Shown one piece after another: positions 1 to 11,112 of a DNA stretch of 48,743 nt. Location: NCBI GenBank assembly GCA_017505015.1, contig JAFVQA010000068.1, positions 1 to 48,743 of the forward strand, read 5' to 3'. The notes beneath the pieces were generated by a model that did no database searches, was not told the origin of the DNA, and worked only from the letters and a program-made list of their open reading frames with translations. The position numbers and the translations under genes are program-made. The DNA comes from Clostridia bacterium. GTDB lineage: Bacteria; Bacillota; Clostridia; Christensenellales; CAG-314. Every line of letters starts with the position of its first letter. Within the stretch, counting starts at the first letter, position 1.

Positions 1-356
1 GCTTGTTTTGCAAGTTTTTTCGCTTCTTTTTCTGCAAGGATTTCTGCACGTTGCTCTTTTGCTTCGGCTATACGTGCGTCTGCATCGGCTTTGCGCATGT
101 TTGCATATGCAATTTCGTCGCTTTGTTGTTCGCGCATTTTTGCTGTGCGTTGTGCAGGTGTCATATGTGCGTCGTCCCAGCTTTGTTTTGCCTGTTCTTT
201 TGCACGCTGAAACGTAACTGTGCCACGGTTTTCTTCAAAATTTGCTTTGCTTTCTGCCTTTGCTGCTGCAAAGTTTGCTTTGTCAACCTCGTGTTGTGCT
301 TTTGCATTTTCTTTCATATCGCTGAATGCATTTTTAAAAAATTCTTTTACGCTCAT
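1..356 (-). CDS. hypothetical Lys/Ala/Glu-rich protein, partial (C-terminus beyond left edge)
   Basis: Absent from the ORF track because it is open at the window edge. Reverse-strand ATG at 354-356 follows SD AAGGGGGA (complement of 364-371). My translation MSVKEFFKNAFSDMKENAKAQHEVDKANFAAAKAESKANFEENRG...AEAKEQRAEILAEKEAKKLAKQ stays open to base 1. The + strand ORF 3..407 is its antisense shadow. Confidence 0.5.
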   Translation of the reverse strand, partial: MSVKEFFKNAFSDMKENAKAQHEVDKANFAAAKAESKANFEENRGTVTFQRAKEQAKQSWDDAHMTPAQRTAKMREQQSDEIAYANMRKADADARIAEAKEQRAEILAEKEAKKLAKQ

Positions 357-375
357 TGTTTTATCCCCCTTTGTG

Positions 376-717
376 TTAGTTGTTTCCGTTTTCAATTTGG
401 TCAGTAAGTTCAAAAATCTGGTTTGCATATTTGCTTTTTCTGCTGTCGAGCACTGCTTTATACATGCTGTAGTTTGCTGACACCATGCCAATGCCCACAA
501 GACCAATGCCAATGCCTGCAATCATCATGTCACCGATAACTTTCATTGCAAGGCACATGCCACCGCCAAGCACCAAAGCACCAATTGTGCCAAACACGTA
601 TGCAAAAACACGTGCTGGTTTTTTAACTTTTTTGTCAAGCTGTTTAAGTTGGTCTATTTTTGTCTGTTGTTTTGCTGTATATTGATTTTTGATTTTTTGT
701 ACGTAGTTGTTTTCCAT
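376..717 (-). CDS. small membrane protein with two predicted TM helices (113 aa), paralog of 972..1358
   Basis: ORF 376..831 trimmed to the ATG at 717 (MENNYVQKIKNQY...), which follows SD GGAGGG (complement of 725-730). Charged N-terminus with LDKKVKKPA, Gly/Ile/Val-rich hydrophobic core, basic C-terminal tail YKAVLDSRKSKYANQI. Confidence 0.6.
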   Translation of the reverse strand: MENNYVQKIKNQYTAKQQTKIDQLKQLDKKVKKPARVFAYVFGTIGALVLGGGMCLAMKVIGDMMIAGIGIGLVGIGMVSANYSMYKAVLDSRKSKYANQIFELTDQIENGNN

Positions 718-827
718 TGTTTTTCCCTCCATTTGGTTGATTACGCTGGTATTATATGCCCTGTTTGTAAACAAAAAACAAACAAGTGGTAATTGTTTTG
801 CAAACAATTTGTAAATATTTTGTAAGC

Positions 828-924
828 ACACTTATAAAGTGTTGCAATAGCAGGCTCTGCATATAATGTGGTTGTTATACAAAACCTCATACCAAGCCAT
901 GCCGTTGGGCACTTGTTAAGTGCC
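828..924 (+). repeat. fragment of composite intergenic element E (palindrome + GGCTCTG.AT..A.TG..GTTGTT.TACAAAAC block + AGCCATGCCGTTG + palindrome)
   Basis: ACACTTATAAAGTGT (828-842) and GGCACTTGTTAAGTGCC (908-924) flank a block that aligns by eye with 14081-14130 and 20589-20640. The 3' part matches AGCCATACCGTTG-hairpin at 14339-14368 and 19144-19173. Confidence 0.6.
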
Positions 925-927
925 AAC

Positions 928-954
928 AAAAAAAGACGGGCAAAACCCGTCTTT
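928..954 (-). terminator. intrinsic terminator after 972..1358
   Basis: Reverse strand reads GACGGG-TTTTG-CCCGTC followed by a T7 run. Confidence 0.7.
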
Positions 955-971
955 AAAAATTTGTTTTATTG

Positions 972-1358
972 TCATTCGTTAGTTTTATTTTCGCCAAGCA
1001 GTTGTTCGCTCAGTGCCAAAATTTCGTCGCCATATTTTGCTTTGCCGCGTGCCAAAACCTTTTTATACAGTGGATAAGCCAAAGCAATTGGCGGAACACC
1101 CAAAACACAAAGCACAATACCAGGTGCAATTTTTGCAAACTCAAGCACAAGTGCAAGGCCACCACCAAACAACAAAATGCCAACGACACCTGCCACAAGA
1201 CCAAGTGACATTGCCCAGCCCTTTACTTTGTTGTCAAGTTTGCGCAATCTTTCAAGAGCATTTGCCTGTGGGTGTGGCTGATATTGTCTTTTTATATATT
1301 CAACTTCTTTTCGCTCATTTTCGTTAATTGCTTTGTAAGTATAGTCAAATTTATCCAT
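972..1358 (-). CDS. small membrane protein with two predicted TM helices (128 aa), paralog of 376..717
   Basis: ORF track. SD GGAGAA upstream. The ATG overlaps the stop of the upstream gene (AATGGATAA). Shares LRKLDNKVKGWA / hydrophobic core / YKKVLARGKAKYGDEI layout with 376..717. Confidence 0.65.
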   Translation of the reverse strand: MDKFDYTYKAINENERKEVEYIKRQYQPHPQANALERLRKLDNKVKGWAMSLGLVAGVVGILLFGGGLALVLEFAKIAPGIVLCVLGVPPIALAYPLYKKVLARGKAKYGDEILALSEQLLGENKTNE

Positions 1359-2244
1359 TGTGTTTCTCCAAAATTTTTTTCGAGCGTATAATCATAACGA
1401 CACCAATCGCAACAATGCCAACGCTAACGGCACAACCGGTAATGGTGTTAAACAGCGACACGTTTATACTTTCGTCGCCAAAACTCCACAGCAAGGCTGT
1501 TTGCAACGCCAGAATAGAAACAAATGCATCTGCAAGGTTTACGTTGCGAATTGCCTGCACAACAGGGTTGCAAAAGCCTTTTGCCTTAAACACGTTAAAA
1601 ATTGCAACGGCAATTTTAACAAAGGCATAAAGTGCAAATGCAATAACAGTCCACCCAGGGTATACAAACGCCTGGTTATCAAAAATCATTTGCGCAATGG
1701 CAGACGACAACGCAACGTTTATAACAAGCAAAAACACACCGCAGTTGCGATAACTTTTGCTTTGTTTTTGTGCTTTTTCGTGGCACACGTCATTGCGTTT
1801 TTGCGACAAAATCACACTGGCTTTAAGCAAAACCAGCAATATATAATATGCTGCCAAAGCACCATACCAAATTGATTTTTGAGTTATGCCAAGCCATGCG
1901 TGCACAACTGCCACGAATATGCTAAACAGCGTTGTTGCAGTTGCCATAAACAAAGTGCGAAAGCCATAGTTTTTAACAAGTTTGTCTGCAAGTGGCACAC
2001 GTTGTATAAACTCACGCACTTTTTTGCCAGCAACAGGTGCATATATCACAATGGTATACACACTGTAAGCAAGTGAAATTGCAGAAAGAGCATAAAAAAC
2101 GTATGCCAGAATTTCTATCCACCAGATCGTTTGGTCTGCAAACAACAATGCAAGTGCCCCTGATATAAAAACTATTGAAAAAAGATATATTAAAGCCAGC
2201 GACCAACCCGTTGGCCTTTTTAGTTTTTGCAAAAATTTGTGCAT
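1351..2244 (-). CDS. polytopic integral membrane protein, unknown function (297 aa)
   Basis: ORF 1351..2286 trimmed to MHKFLQKLKRP (ATG 2244), 1 nt after the kinase stop. Multiple long hydrophobic segments. No family recognised. Confidence 0.55.
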   Translation of the reverse strand: MHKFLQKLKRPTGWSLALIYLFSIVFISGALALLFADQTIWWIEILAYVFYALSAISLAYSVYTIVIYAPVAGKKVREFIQRVPLADKLVKNYGFRTLFMATATTLFSIFVAVVHAWLGITQKSIWYGALAAYYILLVLLKASVILSQKRNDVCHEKAQKQSKSYRNCGVFLLVINVALSSAIAQMIFDNQAFVYPGWTVIAFALYAFVKIAVAIFNVFKAKGFCNPVVQAIRNVNLADAFVSILALQTALLWSFGDESINVSLFNTITGCAVSVGIVAIGVVMIIRSKKILEKHNG

Positions 2245-2245
2245 A

Positions 2246-3310
2246 TCAGTTAAAAAAAGTAACCACAAAAGTTGTGCCTTTGCCAAGCTGACTGCTCACA
2301 GAAATTTCGCCACCAAGATTGTCAACAACCTTTTTTACCAAAGCAAGCCCAAGCCCGTTGCCCTGTTGTGAGTGCGAACTGTCTGCCTGAAAAAACTTTT
2401 CGAAAATGCGTGAGCCAACTTCGCTTGAAATGCCACAACCAGTGTCTTTAACACTAAAAATTATTTTTTCGTTTTCTTGTTTTAATTTTACGTTGATTTC
2501 GCCATTTTCCGGCGTAAACTTTGTTGCGTTTGACACAAGGTTTGCAAACACAATTTCTAAATAAGATGGGATTGTTTGCATAACAACGTCGTCAAAATCG
2601 CAAACGAGGTCTATGTTTTTGTTTTCTAACACTTCTTCATACTGCAAAACGGTTTGGGCAAGCAACTCTGTCACGTTTGTTTTTTCGCTTTGTGGTTTTA
2701 TGCCCTGGTTTTCCAATTTATTTAGTATCAGCACGTTAGAAACAAGGTCGCTAAGTCGTTTAGATGCGCTCACAAGCGTGTTGGCATATTTTTGCCTTGT
2801 TTCGCTGTCAAGATTTTCGTTTTGCAAACTTTTTGCATAGCTTTGAATAATTGCAAGTGGCGTTTTTAATTCGTGCGACACGTTAGAAACAAAGTCTGTT
2901 TTGAGCACTTCGTTTTTACCAAGTTCTTGCGCAAGAACGTTTATATCTTCCATAATAACGTCAAACTCGTCATATTTGTCATATGAGTGGTTTGGCACAA
3001 GTCTTACAGAAAAATCGCCCTTTGCAATTCTGCCTGTGGCAGACAAAATTTTGCGAACAGGCCGCTCTATCATCACCTTTCGGCGAATATAGTCGATAAG
3101 TGTGATGACTGTTGACAAAATTGCAATAAGCACCAATATAAGCACTGCAATGAGTGCCACGTTGTCTGTTTTTTCAATTATAAAGTCATAGGTTAAAATT
3201 GTTATTTGCATAATGATTGCAACAAGTAGAAAAAAGCTGACTACCCCTACCCATGCTTTGCGTTTGTTTATTTTTGTTTTTTGTTTCATACTTAAAGTTA
3301 AAAAATTCAT
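2246..3310 (-). CDS. sensor histidine kinase (2 TM, HAMP, HisKA, HATPase_c)
   Basis: H-box SHELKTPLAIIQSYA, N-box NLVSNATKFTP, G-boxes DTGCGI and GNGLGLALVKK. HAMP-like RKILSATGRIAKGDFSVRL after the second TM. No clear SD at either candidate ATG (3310 or 3289). Confidence 0.9.
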   Translation of the reverse strand: MNFLTLSMKQKTKINKRKAWVGVVSFFLLVAIIMQITILTYDFIIEKTDNVALIAVLILVLIAILSTVITLIDYIRRKVMIERPVRKILSATGRIAKGDFSVRLVPNHSYDKYDEFDVIMEDINVLAQELGKNEVLKTDFVSNVSHELKTPLAIIQSYAKSLQNENLDSETRQKYANTLVSASKRLSDLVSNVLILNKLENQGIKPQSEKTNVTELLAQTVLQYEEVLENKNIDLVCDFDDVVMQTIPSYLEIVFANLVSNATKFTPENGEINVKLKQENEKIIFSVKDTGCGISSEVGSRIFEKFFQADSSHSQQGNGLGLALVKKVVDNLGGEISVSSQLGKGTTFVVTFFN

Positions 3311-3357
3311 TTTATATTAATAATGAATAAAAGATTGTTTTATCTTCACTCTTAAAA

Positions 3358-3485
3358 GGCTTCTCCTTTTTAAGGAGAGGCTCCGACGACAGTCGGTGGT
3401 GAGGTTGAAAAAAACAAACAGCAAACACCCAACCTCATCCGTCAGGCATTCGCCTGCCACCTTCCCCTTCAAAGTGGAAGGCTCC
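3358..3485. repeat. GC-rich multi-hairpin element inserted between the response regulator and kinase genes
   Basis: Five stem-loops: TCTCCTT/AAGGAGA 3362-3378, CCGAC/GTCGG 3383-3396, GAGGTTG/CAACCTC 3401-3436, CAGGC/GCCTG 3443-3456, CCTTC/GAAGG 3466-3481. GGCTCC occurs at 3379-3384 and 3480-3485. Much more GC-rich than the surrounding sequence. Confidence 0.6.
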
Positions 3486-3513
3486 AATATGTTTTGTGTT
3501 TTACTTTTTATAT

Positions 3514-4188
3514 TCAGTTTTTCAACACTGCTTTATAGCCAAGACCGTGCACGGTAACAATTTCAAACCCGGTTGAATCTGCCGTTTTTTCACGAAGTTT
3601 TGCCATATATACGTCTACCGTGCGTGACGTTGCCGATGAGTCATAATCCCAAAATTCTTCCATCAAAGCACTGCGTGTAAAGGTCTTTTTGGGATAAGAA
3701 AGCAATTTAAACAACAAGTCAAACTCGCGCACGGTAAGGTTAATTTCGTTTCCGTCAATGGTGGCAACCCTTTCTTCCTGATTCATACAAAAGTTGCCAA
3801 CGACAAGTTCTTTGTCGTTTTTTATTTTGGCACGACGCAAAATTGCCTTGAGTTTTAACACGAGCAAATCCACGTCGAAAGGTTTTGTAACGTAGTCGTC
3901 AATTTCGAGTGCATAGCCAAGCATTTTGCTTTGTTTGTCGTCTTTTGCCGTCATAAAGACAATGGGCACGTTTTTGTCAATATCCCTCACGTTTTGCGCA
4001 AGATCAAAACCATCCATATTAGGCATCATAACGTCAGTAAGCAATGCATCAAATCTGCTTTTGCTAAAAGCATCGAGTGCCTCAACACCGTCAAAACAAC
4101 TTTCAACGTCAAAGCCGTTGTTTCTGAGTGTTATGCTGACAAGTCTGTTTAAATCTCTGTCGTCTTCTGCAATCAAAATTTTTGCCAT
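3514..4188 (-). CDS. OmpR/PhoB-family response regulator (224 aa)
   Basis: ORF 3514..4281 trimmed to MAKILIAEDD (ATG 4188) behind SD AAGGTGGTG. Receiver motifs DVMMPNMDG and FMTAK. Winged-helix C-terminus TVHGLGYK. Confidence 0.9.
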   Translation of the reverse strand: MAKILIAEDDRDLNRLVSITLRNNGFDVESCFDGVEALDAFSKSRFDALLTDVMMPNMDGFDLAQNVRDIDKNVPIVFMTAKDDKQSKMLGYALEIDDYVTKPFDVDLLVLKLKAILRRAKIKNDKELVVGNFCMNQEERVATIDGNEINLTVREFDLLFKLLSYPKKTFTRSALMEEFWDYDSSATSRTVDVYMAKLREKTADSTGFEIVTVHGLGYKAVLKN

Positions 4189-4212
4189 ATTACACCACCT
4201 TGATATAAATAT

Positions 4213-4221
4213 ATTATACCA
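4213..4221 (-). promoter_or_regulatory. candidate extended -10 promoter (TGGTATAAT) for the two-component operon
   Basis: Reverse strand reads TGGTATAAT about 25 nt upstream of the regulator ATG. No good -35. Confidence 0.35.
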
Positions 4222-4265
4222 ACAATATTTCTTTTTAGTTTGCAAATTGTTAAAAAATTGTAAAA

Positions 4266-4296
4266 ACAAAAAACGGAGCAAAAACTCCGTTTTTTA
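4266..4296 (-). terminator. intrinsic terminator after the MATE gene
   Basis: Reverse strand reads CGGAG-TTTTTG-CTCCG followed by a T-run. Confidence 0.7.
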
Positions 4297-5625
4297 CATA
4301 TATCCATATTTGTTTTTATTTTTAATAATAAATGCCACCGACACAACCAGACAAAGCATTTCTGCCACCACCACAGAAAACCAGATGCCTTCTATTCCAA
4401 AAATTGCTGGCAAAGCATATATGCACACAATCTGGAACAAAAACATTCGCAAAAAAGACAAAATTGCCGAAATAAGCCCATTGTTGAGTGCTGTGAAAAA
4501 TGCACTTGCAAAAATGTTGAAACCACTGAACAAAAAGGACAAACAATAAATGCGAAATGCATGTTTTGTAAGAGCAAACAGTTCGGCATCATAGCCGACA
4601 AAAATTTGTGCAAGTGGGTGCGACAACAAAAACGCCACCCCTACAAGGCAAACGCATGCACACAAAATGACAACCAGACTTTTTTTGAGCAGATTTTTTA
4701 GTTCTTTTTTGTTTTGTGCACCAAAGTTAAACCCAACAAGAGGTGCACTGCCCATGCTGTAGCCCAAAAATATGGCAATAAAAACAAAACTTACGTACAT
4801 TATCATGCCATAAGCCGCAACACCGTTTTCGCCGATATATTTCAAAAGTTGAGCGTTATACAAAATATTTACAACCGACATAGAAACGTTTGTGAGCAGT
4901 TCGCTCGAACCGTTTGTAACTGCTTTTGCAATTGCTTTGCCACACCATTTTGTTTTGCCAAGTTTTAGCAGGCTTGAATTTTTGCCTGCAAAATATGCCA
5001 CTGGCACAACTGCACCCACAAACTGACTTGTTGCAGTTGCAACTGCAGCACCAACCACGCCCCACCTGAACAGGGCAACAAAAAGGGCATCCAGCACAAT
5101 GTTTGTAACACCTGCCAGCACAATAACGTAAAGTCCAAGTTTTGGTTTTTCTGCCGTCACGAAAAAGGTTTGAAAAAAGTTTTGCACCATAAATGCAGTT
5201 ACACTGCACATCAAAATTCGGCCATAAGTAACGGCAGGTTTAAGCATATCTGCCGTTGCACCCATAACTATTGCCAAAGGTTTGATAAAAATCTGACCCA
5301 AAACAGTCAGCACAATGCCACAACCAATTGTGAAATAAAGAAACAACGAAAAATATCCGTTTGCTTTTGCATTGTCACCTTCGCCAAGAGTTTTGGCAAC
5401 AAGTGCACTGCCACCTGCACCAATCATAAAACCAACGGCACTCATGCCCATTGTTACAGGCATAATAAAGTTTACTGCGGCAAAGGCAGTTTTGCCCGCA
5501 AAGTTAGATATAAACAAGCCGTCAACAACGCCGTATATCGACGTAAAAATCATCATAATTACCGATGGCAAAACAAAGCGCAACAACTTGTTATACGTGA
5601 AATGTTCGCCAAGACCAATGCTCAT
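4294..5625 (-). CDS. MATE-family multidrug/compound efflux transporter (443 aa)
   Basis: ORF 4294..5724 trimmed to MSIGLGEHFTYNKLLRFVLPSV (ATG 5625) behind SD AAGGGGGA. About 12 hydrophobic segments. The N-terminal PS.I....S.YG.VDG.F motif is typical of MATE proteins. Confidence 0.88.
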   Translation of the reverse strand: MSIGLGEHFTYNKLLRFVLPSVIMMIFTSIYGVVDGLFISNFAGKTAFAAVNFIMPVTMGMSAVGFMIGAGGSALVAKTLGEGDNAKANGYFSLFLYFTIGCGIVLTVLGQIFIKPLAIVMGATADMLKPAVTYGRILMCSVTAFMVQNFFQTFFVTAEKPKLGLYVIVLAGVTNIVLDALFVALFRWGVVGAAVATATSQFVGAVVPVAYFAGKNSSLLKLGKTKWCGKAIAKAVTNGSSELLTNVSMSVVNILYNAQLLKYIGENGVAAYGMIMYVSFVFIAIFLGYSMGSAPLVGFNFGAQNKKELKNLLKKSLVVILCACVCLVGVAFLLSHPLAQIFVGYDAELFALTKHAFRIYCLSFLFSGFNIFASAFFTALNNGLISAILSFLRMFLFQIVCIYALPAIFGIEGIWFSVVVAEMLCLVVSVAFIIKNKNKYGYM

Positions 5626-5667
5626 TTTATCCCCCTTTTTTGCAGATTTTGTCGTTAAAAAACAGCC

Positions 5668-5704
5668 AAAATAAAAAAGCACGGCAACAACAATTACCGA
5701 GCTC
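5668..5704 (-). terminator. terminator-like hairpin inside the MATE 5' leader (possible attenuator)
   Basis: Reverse strand reads GAGCTCGG-12 nt-CCGTGCTT (one mismatch), then TTTTTATTTT. It lies about 45 nt upstream of the start codon and downstream of the predicted promoter. Confidence 0.4.
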
Positions 5705-5770
5705 ACCCGACGTTTTATCAACAAATCAACTACGGTTGACAGTTCTCCAACGACCTATAAAACTAAATAG

Positions 5771-5799
5771 ATTTTATATCATTTGTCCACACGTGTCAA
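5771..5799 (-). promoter_or_regulatory. sigma-A-type promoter for the MATE gene (TTGACA-17-TAAAAT)
   Basis: Reverse strand has TTGACA (complement of 5794-5799), a 17-nt spacer, then TAAAAT (complement of 5771-5776). Confidence 0.5.
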
Positions 5800-5862
5800 T
5801 AACTTTGTTGATATGGTAGTTTTATATGGATAAAATGCAACCAAAACAACATAATTAAAAAA

Positions 5863-5960
5863 CACGCAAAATCACATGCCACAGCCACGGCAGATATCTG
5901 CCAAGTGCTTGGCAATGTATTGCGAGTGGATTAACAGCACAATTTATCGTTTTTTAATGA
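5863..5960 (-). repeat. palindrome-cluster repeat P, copy 1
   Basis: GGCAGATATCTGCC (5889-5902), CCAAGTGCTTGG (5901-5912), GCAATGTATTGC (5912-5923). Aligns with 11113-11210 (about 78 percent over a 65-nt core, hand count). Confidence 0.65.
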
Positions 5961-6026
5961 AAAAATTAAAATACAAAAAGGCTTTGTTAAAGCCAAAAAA
6001 ACGGAGTATTTAATATAGTGACTTAA

Positions 6027-6060
6027 AACAAAAAAGACGGGAAATTTATCCCGTCTTTTT
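6027..6060 (-). terminator. intrinsic terminator after gyrA
   Basis: GACGGG-loop-CCCGTC with A/T runs on both sides. Confidence 0.75.
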
Positions 6061-6084
6061 ATATTGTTAAAAAGTTTATTCTGC

Positions 6085-8598
6085 TTACTCTGCAGAAGCA
6101 TCTTCACCAACACTAACAGCTTCGCTGTCGTCTTCGTGGGCTGTTGTTGCAACGCAAACAACTTTTGCTTCATCTTTAAACTTCATGATGCGAACGCCAA
6201 GTGTATCACGGCCGATTTTGCTTATTTCGTTTGCCTGAACACGAATGATAACGCCGTTGTCTGCAATGAGCATAATATCTTCGTTTGGAGCAACGAGTTT
6301 GAGGTTAACTAGGTTACCTGTTTTTTTGTTGAACACGCCTGCCTTGATACCTTTGCCGGCACGAGCCTGCAAGCGATAGTCACTCACGTCAGAAATTTTG
6401 CCAAAGCCGTTTTCGCTGACAGTAAGCACGTCATAACCCTCTTTGATAACAACCATGTCAGTTACAACGTCGCCTTCTTCCAGCTTTATGCTGCGAACAC
6501 CTTGTGCCTCACGACCCATTGGGCGAATGTCTTCCTCTGCAAAGCGAATGCATTTGCCAAAGTGGCTTGCAACGAGAATTTCGTTGTTGCCTTGTGTGAG
6601 CGAAACAGAAATAAGTTCGTCGTCGTCAACCAAAGAGATGCAAATTTTGCCAACTTTGCGAATAGACTCAAATTCTTTAAGGTCTGTCTTTTTGATAAGA
6701 CCGTTTTTAGTTGCCAGCAAAAGATAACCGTTTTCAAGACTTTCCACAGGGATAACAGCAGTAACCTTTTCGCCTTCTGTCACCTGCAACAAGTTAACGA
6801 TTGCACGTCCTTTTGCAGTTTTTTGTGCTTCTGGCACTTCAAACGCTTTGATAGTGAAAACTTTGCCCTTGTTTGTAAAGAACATAAGGTCGTCGTGTGT
6901 GTTGCAAACAAACATATTTTCTACAAAGTCTTCTTCCTTTGTTTTGTGTGCAGTAACACCTTTGCCACCACGACGTTGTGCCCTGTATTCTGCAACAGGA
7001 ATGCGTTTTACGTAGCCAAAGTGTGTCATAGAAATAACAACGTCTTCTTTTTCAATAAGGTCTGCAACGTTAATGTCACCGTCATAGTCAAGGCTGATTT
7101 CTGTTTTGCGATCACAACCGTATTTTTGGCTGATAACAGTGAGGTCGTCTTTAATAATCTGACCAATGCGTGCAGGGCTTGAAATAATGTCTTTAAGTTC
7201 TGCAATATATTTTGAAAGTTCGTCCAACTCATTTTTGAGTGACTCAACTTCCAAACTTGTCAAACGGTGCAATCTCATTTCCAAAATTGCGTTTGCCTGT
7301 TTGTCGCTCAAATCAAACTCTGCCATCAAAGTGATTTTTGCTTCTTGTTTGTCGGCAGATTTTTTAATGATTTCAATAACTCTGTCAATGTTGTTTTGTG
7401 CAATAACAAGACCAAGCAAAATGTGGTGTTTATCTTCTGCCTTTTCAAGATCATATTTTGTTTTGCGCAAAACGACTTCGTGTTGGTGAGCAACGTATTG
7501 CTCAATAATTTCTTTAAGGTTAAGCACTTTTGGTTCGCCGTTTGACAAAGCCAAAAAGTTTATGCCGTTGCTGATTTGAAGTTGAGTGTGTTTAAACAAA
7601 CTGTTGAGCACAACCTGTGCGTTTGCATCACGTTTAACGTCGATAACAATGCGCATACCTGTTCTGTCACTTTCTTCGTGAATGTCAGAAATGCCTTCCA
7701 AACGTTTTGTTTTAACCAATTCGGCAATAGACTCAATGAGTCTTGCTTTGTTTACCTGATAAGGAAGTTCAGTAACAACAATGCGGCTGCGTGTGCCGTT
7801 GTTAAACTCTTCTATTTCTGTTTTTGCCCTTATGATAATGCCACCGTGACCTGTGCGATATGCCTGACGGATTGCTGCACGACCCATAAGGATACCACCT
7901 GTTGGATAGTCTGGTGCAGGAATGATTTGCATAAGTTCGTCAACGGTGATTTCTGGATTATCTATTGTTGCAATAACGCCGTTGATAACTTCGTTGAGGT
8001 TGTGTGGTGGAATGTTAGTGGCCATACCTACCGCGATACCGTCACTGCCGTTTACCAAAAGGTTTGGGAAACGTGCCGGCAAAACAACAGGTTGTTCAAG
8101 CGTTTCGTCAAAGTTTGGATAATAGTCAACAGTGTTTTTGTCGATATCCCTCAACATTTCGCTTGCAATTTTGCTGAGTCTTGCCTCGGTATATCTTTGT
8201 GCTGCCGGTGGGTCACCATCGACAGAACCAAAGTTGCCCTGACCTTCTACCAACGGTTCGTTGATAGAAAAGTCTTGTGCCAGACGAACGAGTGCATCGT
8301 ATACTGCGCTGTCGCCGTGTGGGTGATATTTACCCAAAACGTCACCAACGATACGGGCACATTTACGATATGGTTTGTCGTTTGACAAGTTGAGTTCGCC
8401 CATAGCATAAAGAATGCGTCTGTGAACAGGTTTAAGACCATCGCGCACGTCTGGAATTGCACGCGAAACGTTTACTGCCATGGCATAGGCAATAAACGAT
8501 TTTTTCATTTCATCTTCTACCTTGATAGGAACTATTTTTGTATTTTCAAGGGCTTTTTCATATTCAAACTGATTGCCCTTTTTTTCTTGTTCTTTCAT
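6085..8598 (-). CDS. gyrA: DNA gyrase subunit A
   Basis: ORF track trimmed to the ATG at 8598 (the upstream in-frame GTG lies inside the SD AGAGGTG). Contains [28 protein letters not shown], the active-site region [10 protein letters not shown], and C-terminal beta-pinwheel repeats. Confidence 0.97.
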   Translation of the reverse strand: MKEQEKKGNQFEYEKALENTKIVPIKVEDEMKKSFIAYAMAVNVSRAIPDVRDGLKPVHRRILYAMGELNLSNDKPYRKCARIVGDVLGKYHPHGDSAVYDALVRLAQDFSINEPLVEGQGNFGSVDGDPPAAQRYTEARLSKIASEMLRDIDKNTVDYYPNFDETLEQPVVLPARFPNLLVNGSDGIAVGMATNIPPHNLNEVINGVIATIDNPEITVDELMQIIPAPDYPTGGILMGRAAIRQAYRTGHGGIIIRAKTEIEEFNNGTRSRIVVTELPYQVNKARLIESIAELVKTKRLEGISDIHEESDRTGMRIVIDVKRDANAQVVLNSLFKHTQLQISNGINFLALSNGEPKVLNLKEIIEQYVAHQHEVVLRKTKYDLEKAEDKHHILLGLVIAQNNIDRVIEIIKKSADKQEAKITLMAEFDLSDKQANAILEMRLHRLTSLEVESLKNELDELSKYIAELKDIISSPARIGQIIKDDLTVISQKYGCDRKTEISLDYDGDINVADLIEKEDVVISMTHFGYVKRIPVAEYRAQRRGGKGVTAHKTKEEDFVENMFVCNTHDDLMFFTNKGKVFTIKAFEVPEAQKTAKGRAIVNLLQVTEGEKVTAVIPVESLENGYLLLATKNGLIKKTDLKEFESIRKVGKICISLVDDDELISVSLTQGNNEILVASHFGKCIRFAEEDIRPMGREAQGVRSIKLEEGDVVTDMVVIKEGYDVLTVSENGFGKISDVSDYRLQARAGKGIKAGVFNKKTGNLVNLKLVAPNEDIMLIADNGVIIRVQANEISKIGRDTLGVRIMKFKDEAKVVCVATTAHEDDSEAVSVGEDASAE

Positions 8599-8609
8599 AA
8601 ACACCTCTA

Positions 8610-10574
<1,965 letters not shown>

Positions 10575-11112
10575 TTATATTGAAAATTATTTTTTCTGAT
10601 TTTAAAGCACAGCAAACTGACTTAAAAATGACAGTTGCTTTGCATTTTTTGATTGCTTTTTAAAAATTTTTTCTAAAAATAATAAATTATTTTTAACGGG
10701 GTCGCAATCTACCCCACTATGCAATGCTATTATATCACAATTATACCTTTTTTGGCTCGTATTTTTGCCACATAGTGCCAAAAAATTTTAAAACTTTTTT
10801 ATATATGCCCTTTTTAGCCCTAAATTTGCCCTATAAACGAAAAACAATGGCACGTCACCACAAAATAACGGAAAACTTTTCGTTTTTGTTTTTGTCAATA
10901 TGCTTTTTTTGTTTTGTGTGTTGCAAAAACCACACGAAAAATCATGCCTGAAAAAACCTTATATTTAAAAAATCCTTAATTTTTAATATTGCAACTTTTT
11001 TTAAAAAAACGCAACGTAATGAAGTTTCACCCGGTTAATATAAGCGAAAAAATGACTAATAAAAAGTTACTATTTGATATGTATAAAATTAGTCAAAACA
11101 AAAAATAATAAA

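Noticed and set aside
3-407. 134-aa + strand ORF (and 8..217, 220..480) rich in Cys/Phe/Leu
   Set aside because: Low-complexity antisense shadow of the SD-preceded - strand K/A/E-rich gene (1..356). It has no SD and an implausible composition.
5626-5724. In-frame TTG-initiated 33-codon extension of the MATE gene (MLIKRRVSSVIVVAVLFYFGCFL...) that looks like a signal anchor
   Set aside because: No SD before the TTG, whereas a strong AAGGGGGA precedes the internal ATG at 5625. The hydrophobic stretch is encoded by the T-rich terminator-like hairpin.
5783-5833. Two 8/9 DnaA-box matches (TTGTCCACA at 5783, TATGGATAA at 5825) near the MATE promoter
   Set aside because: Isolated sites with no adjacent unwinding element, far from the strand switch. 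8/9 matches are expected by chance in A/T-rich spacers.
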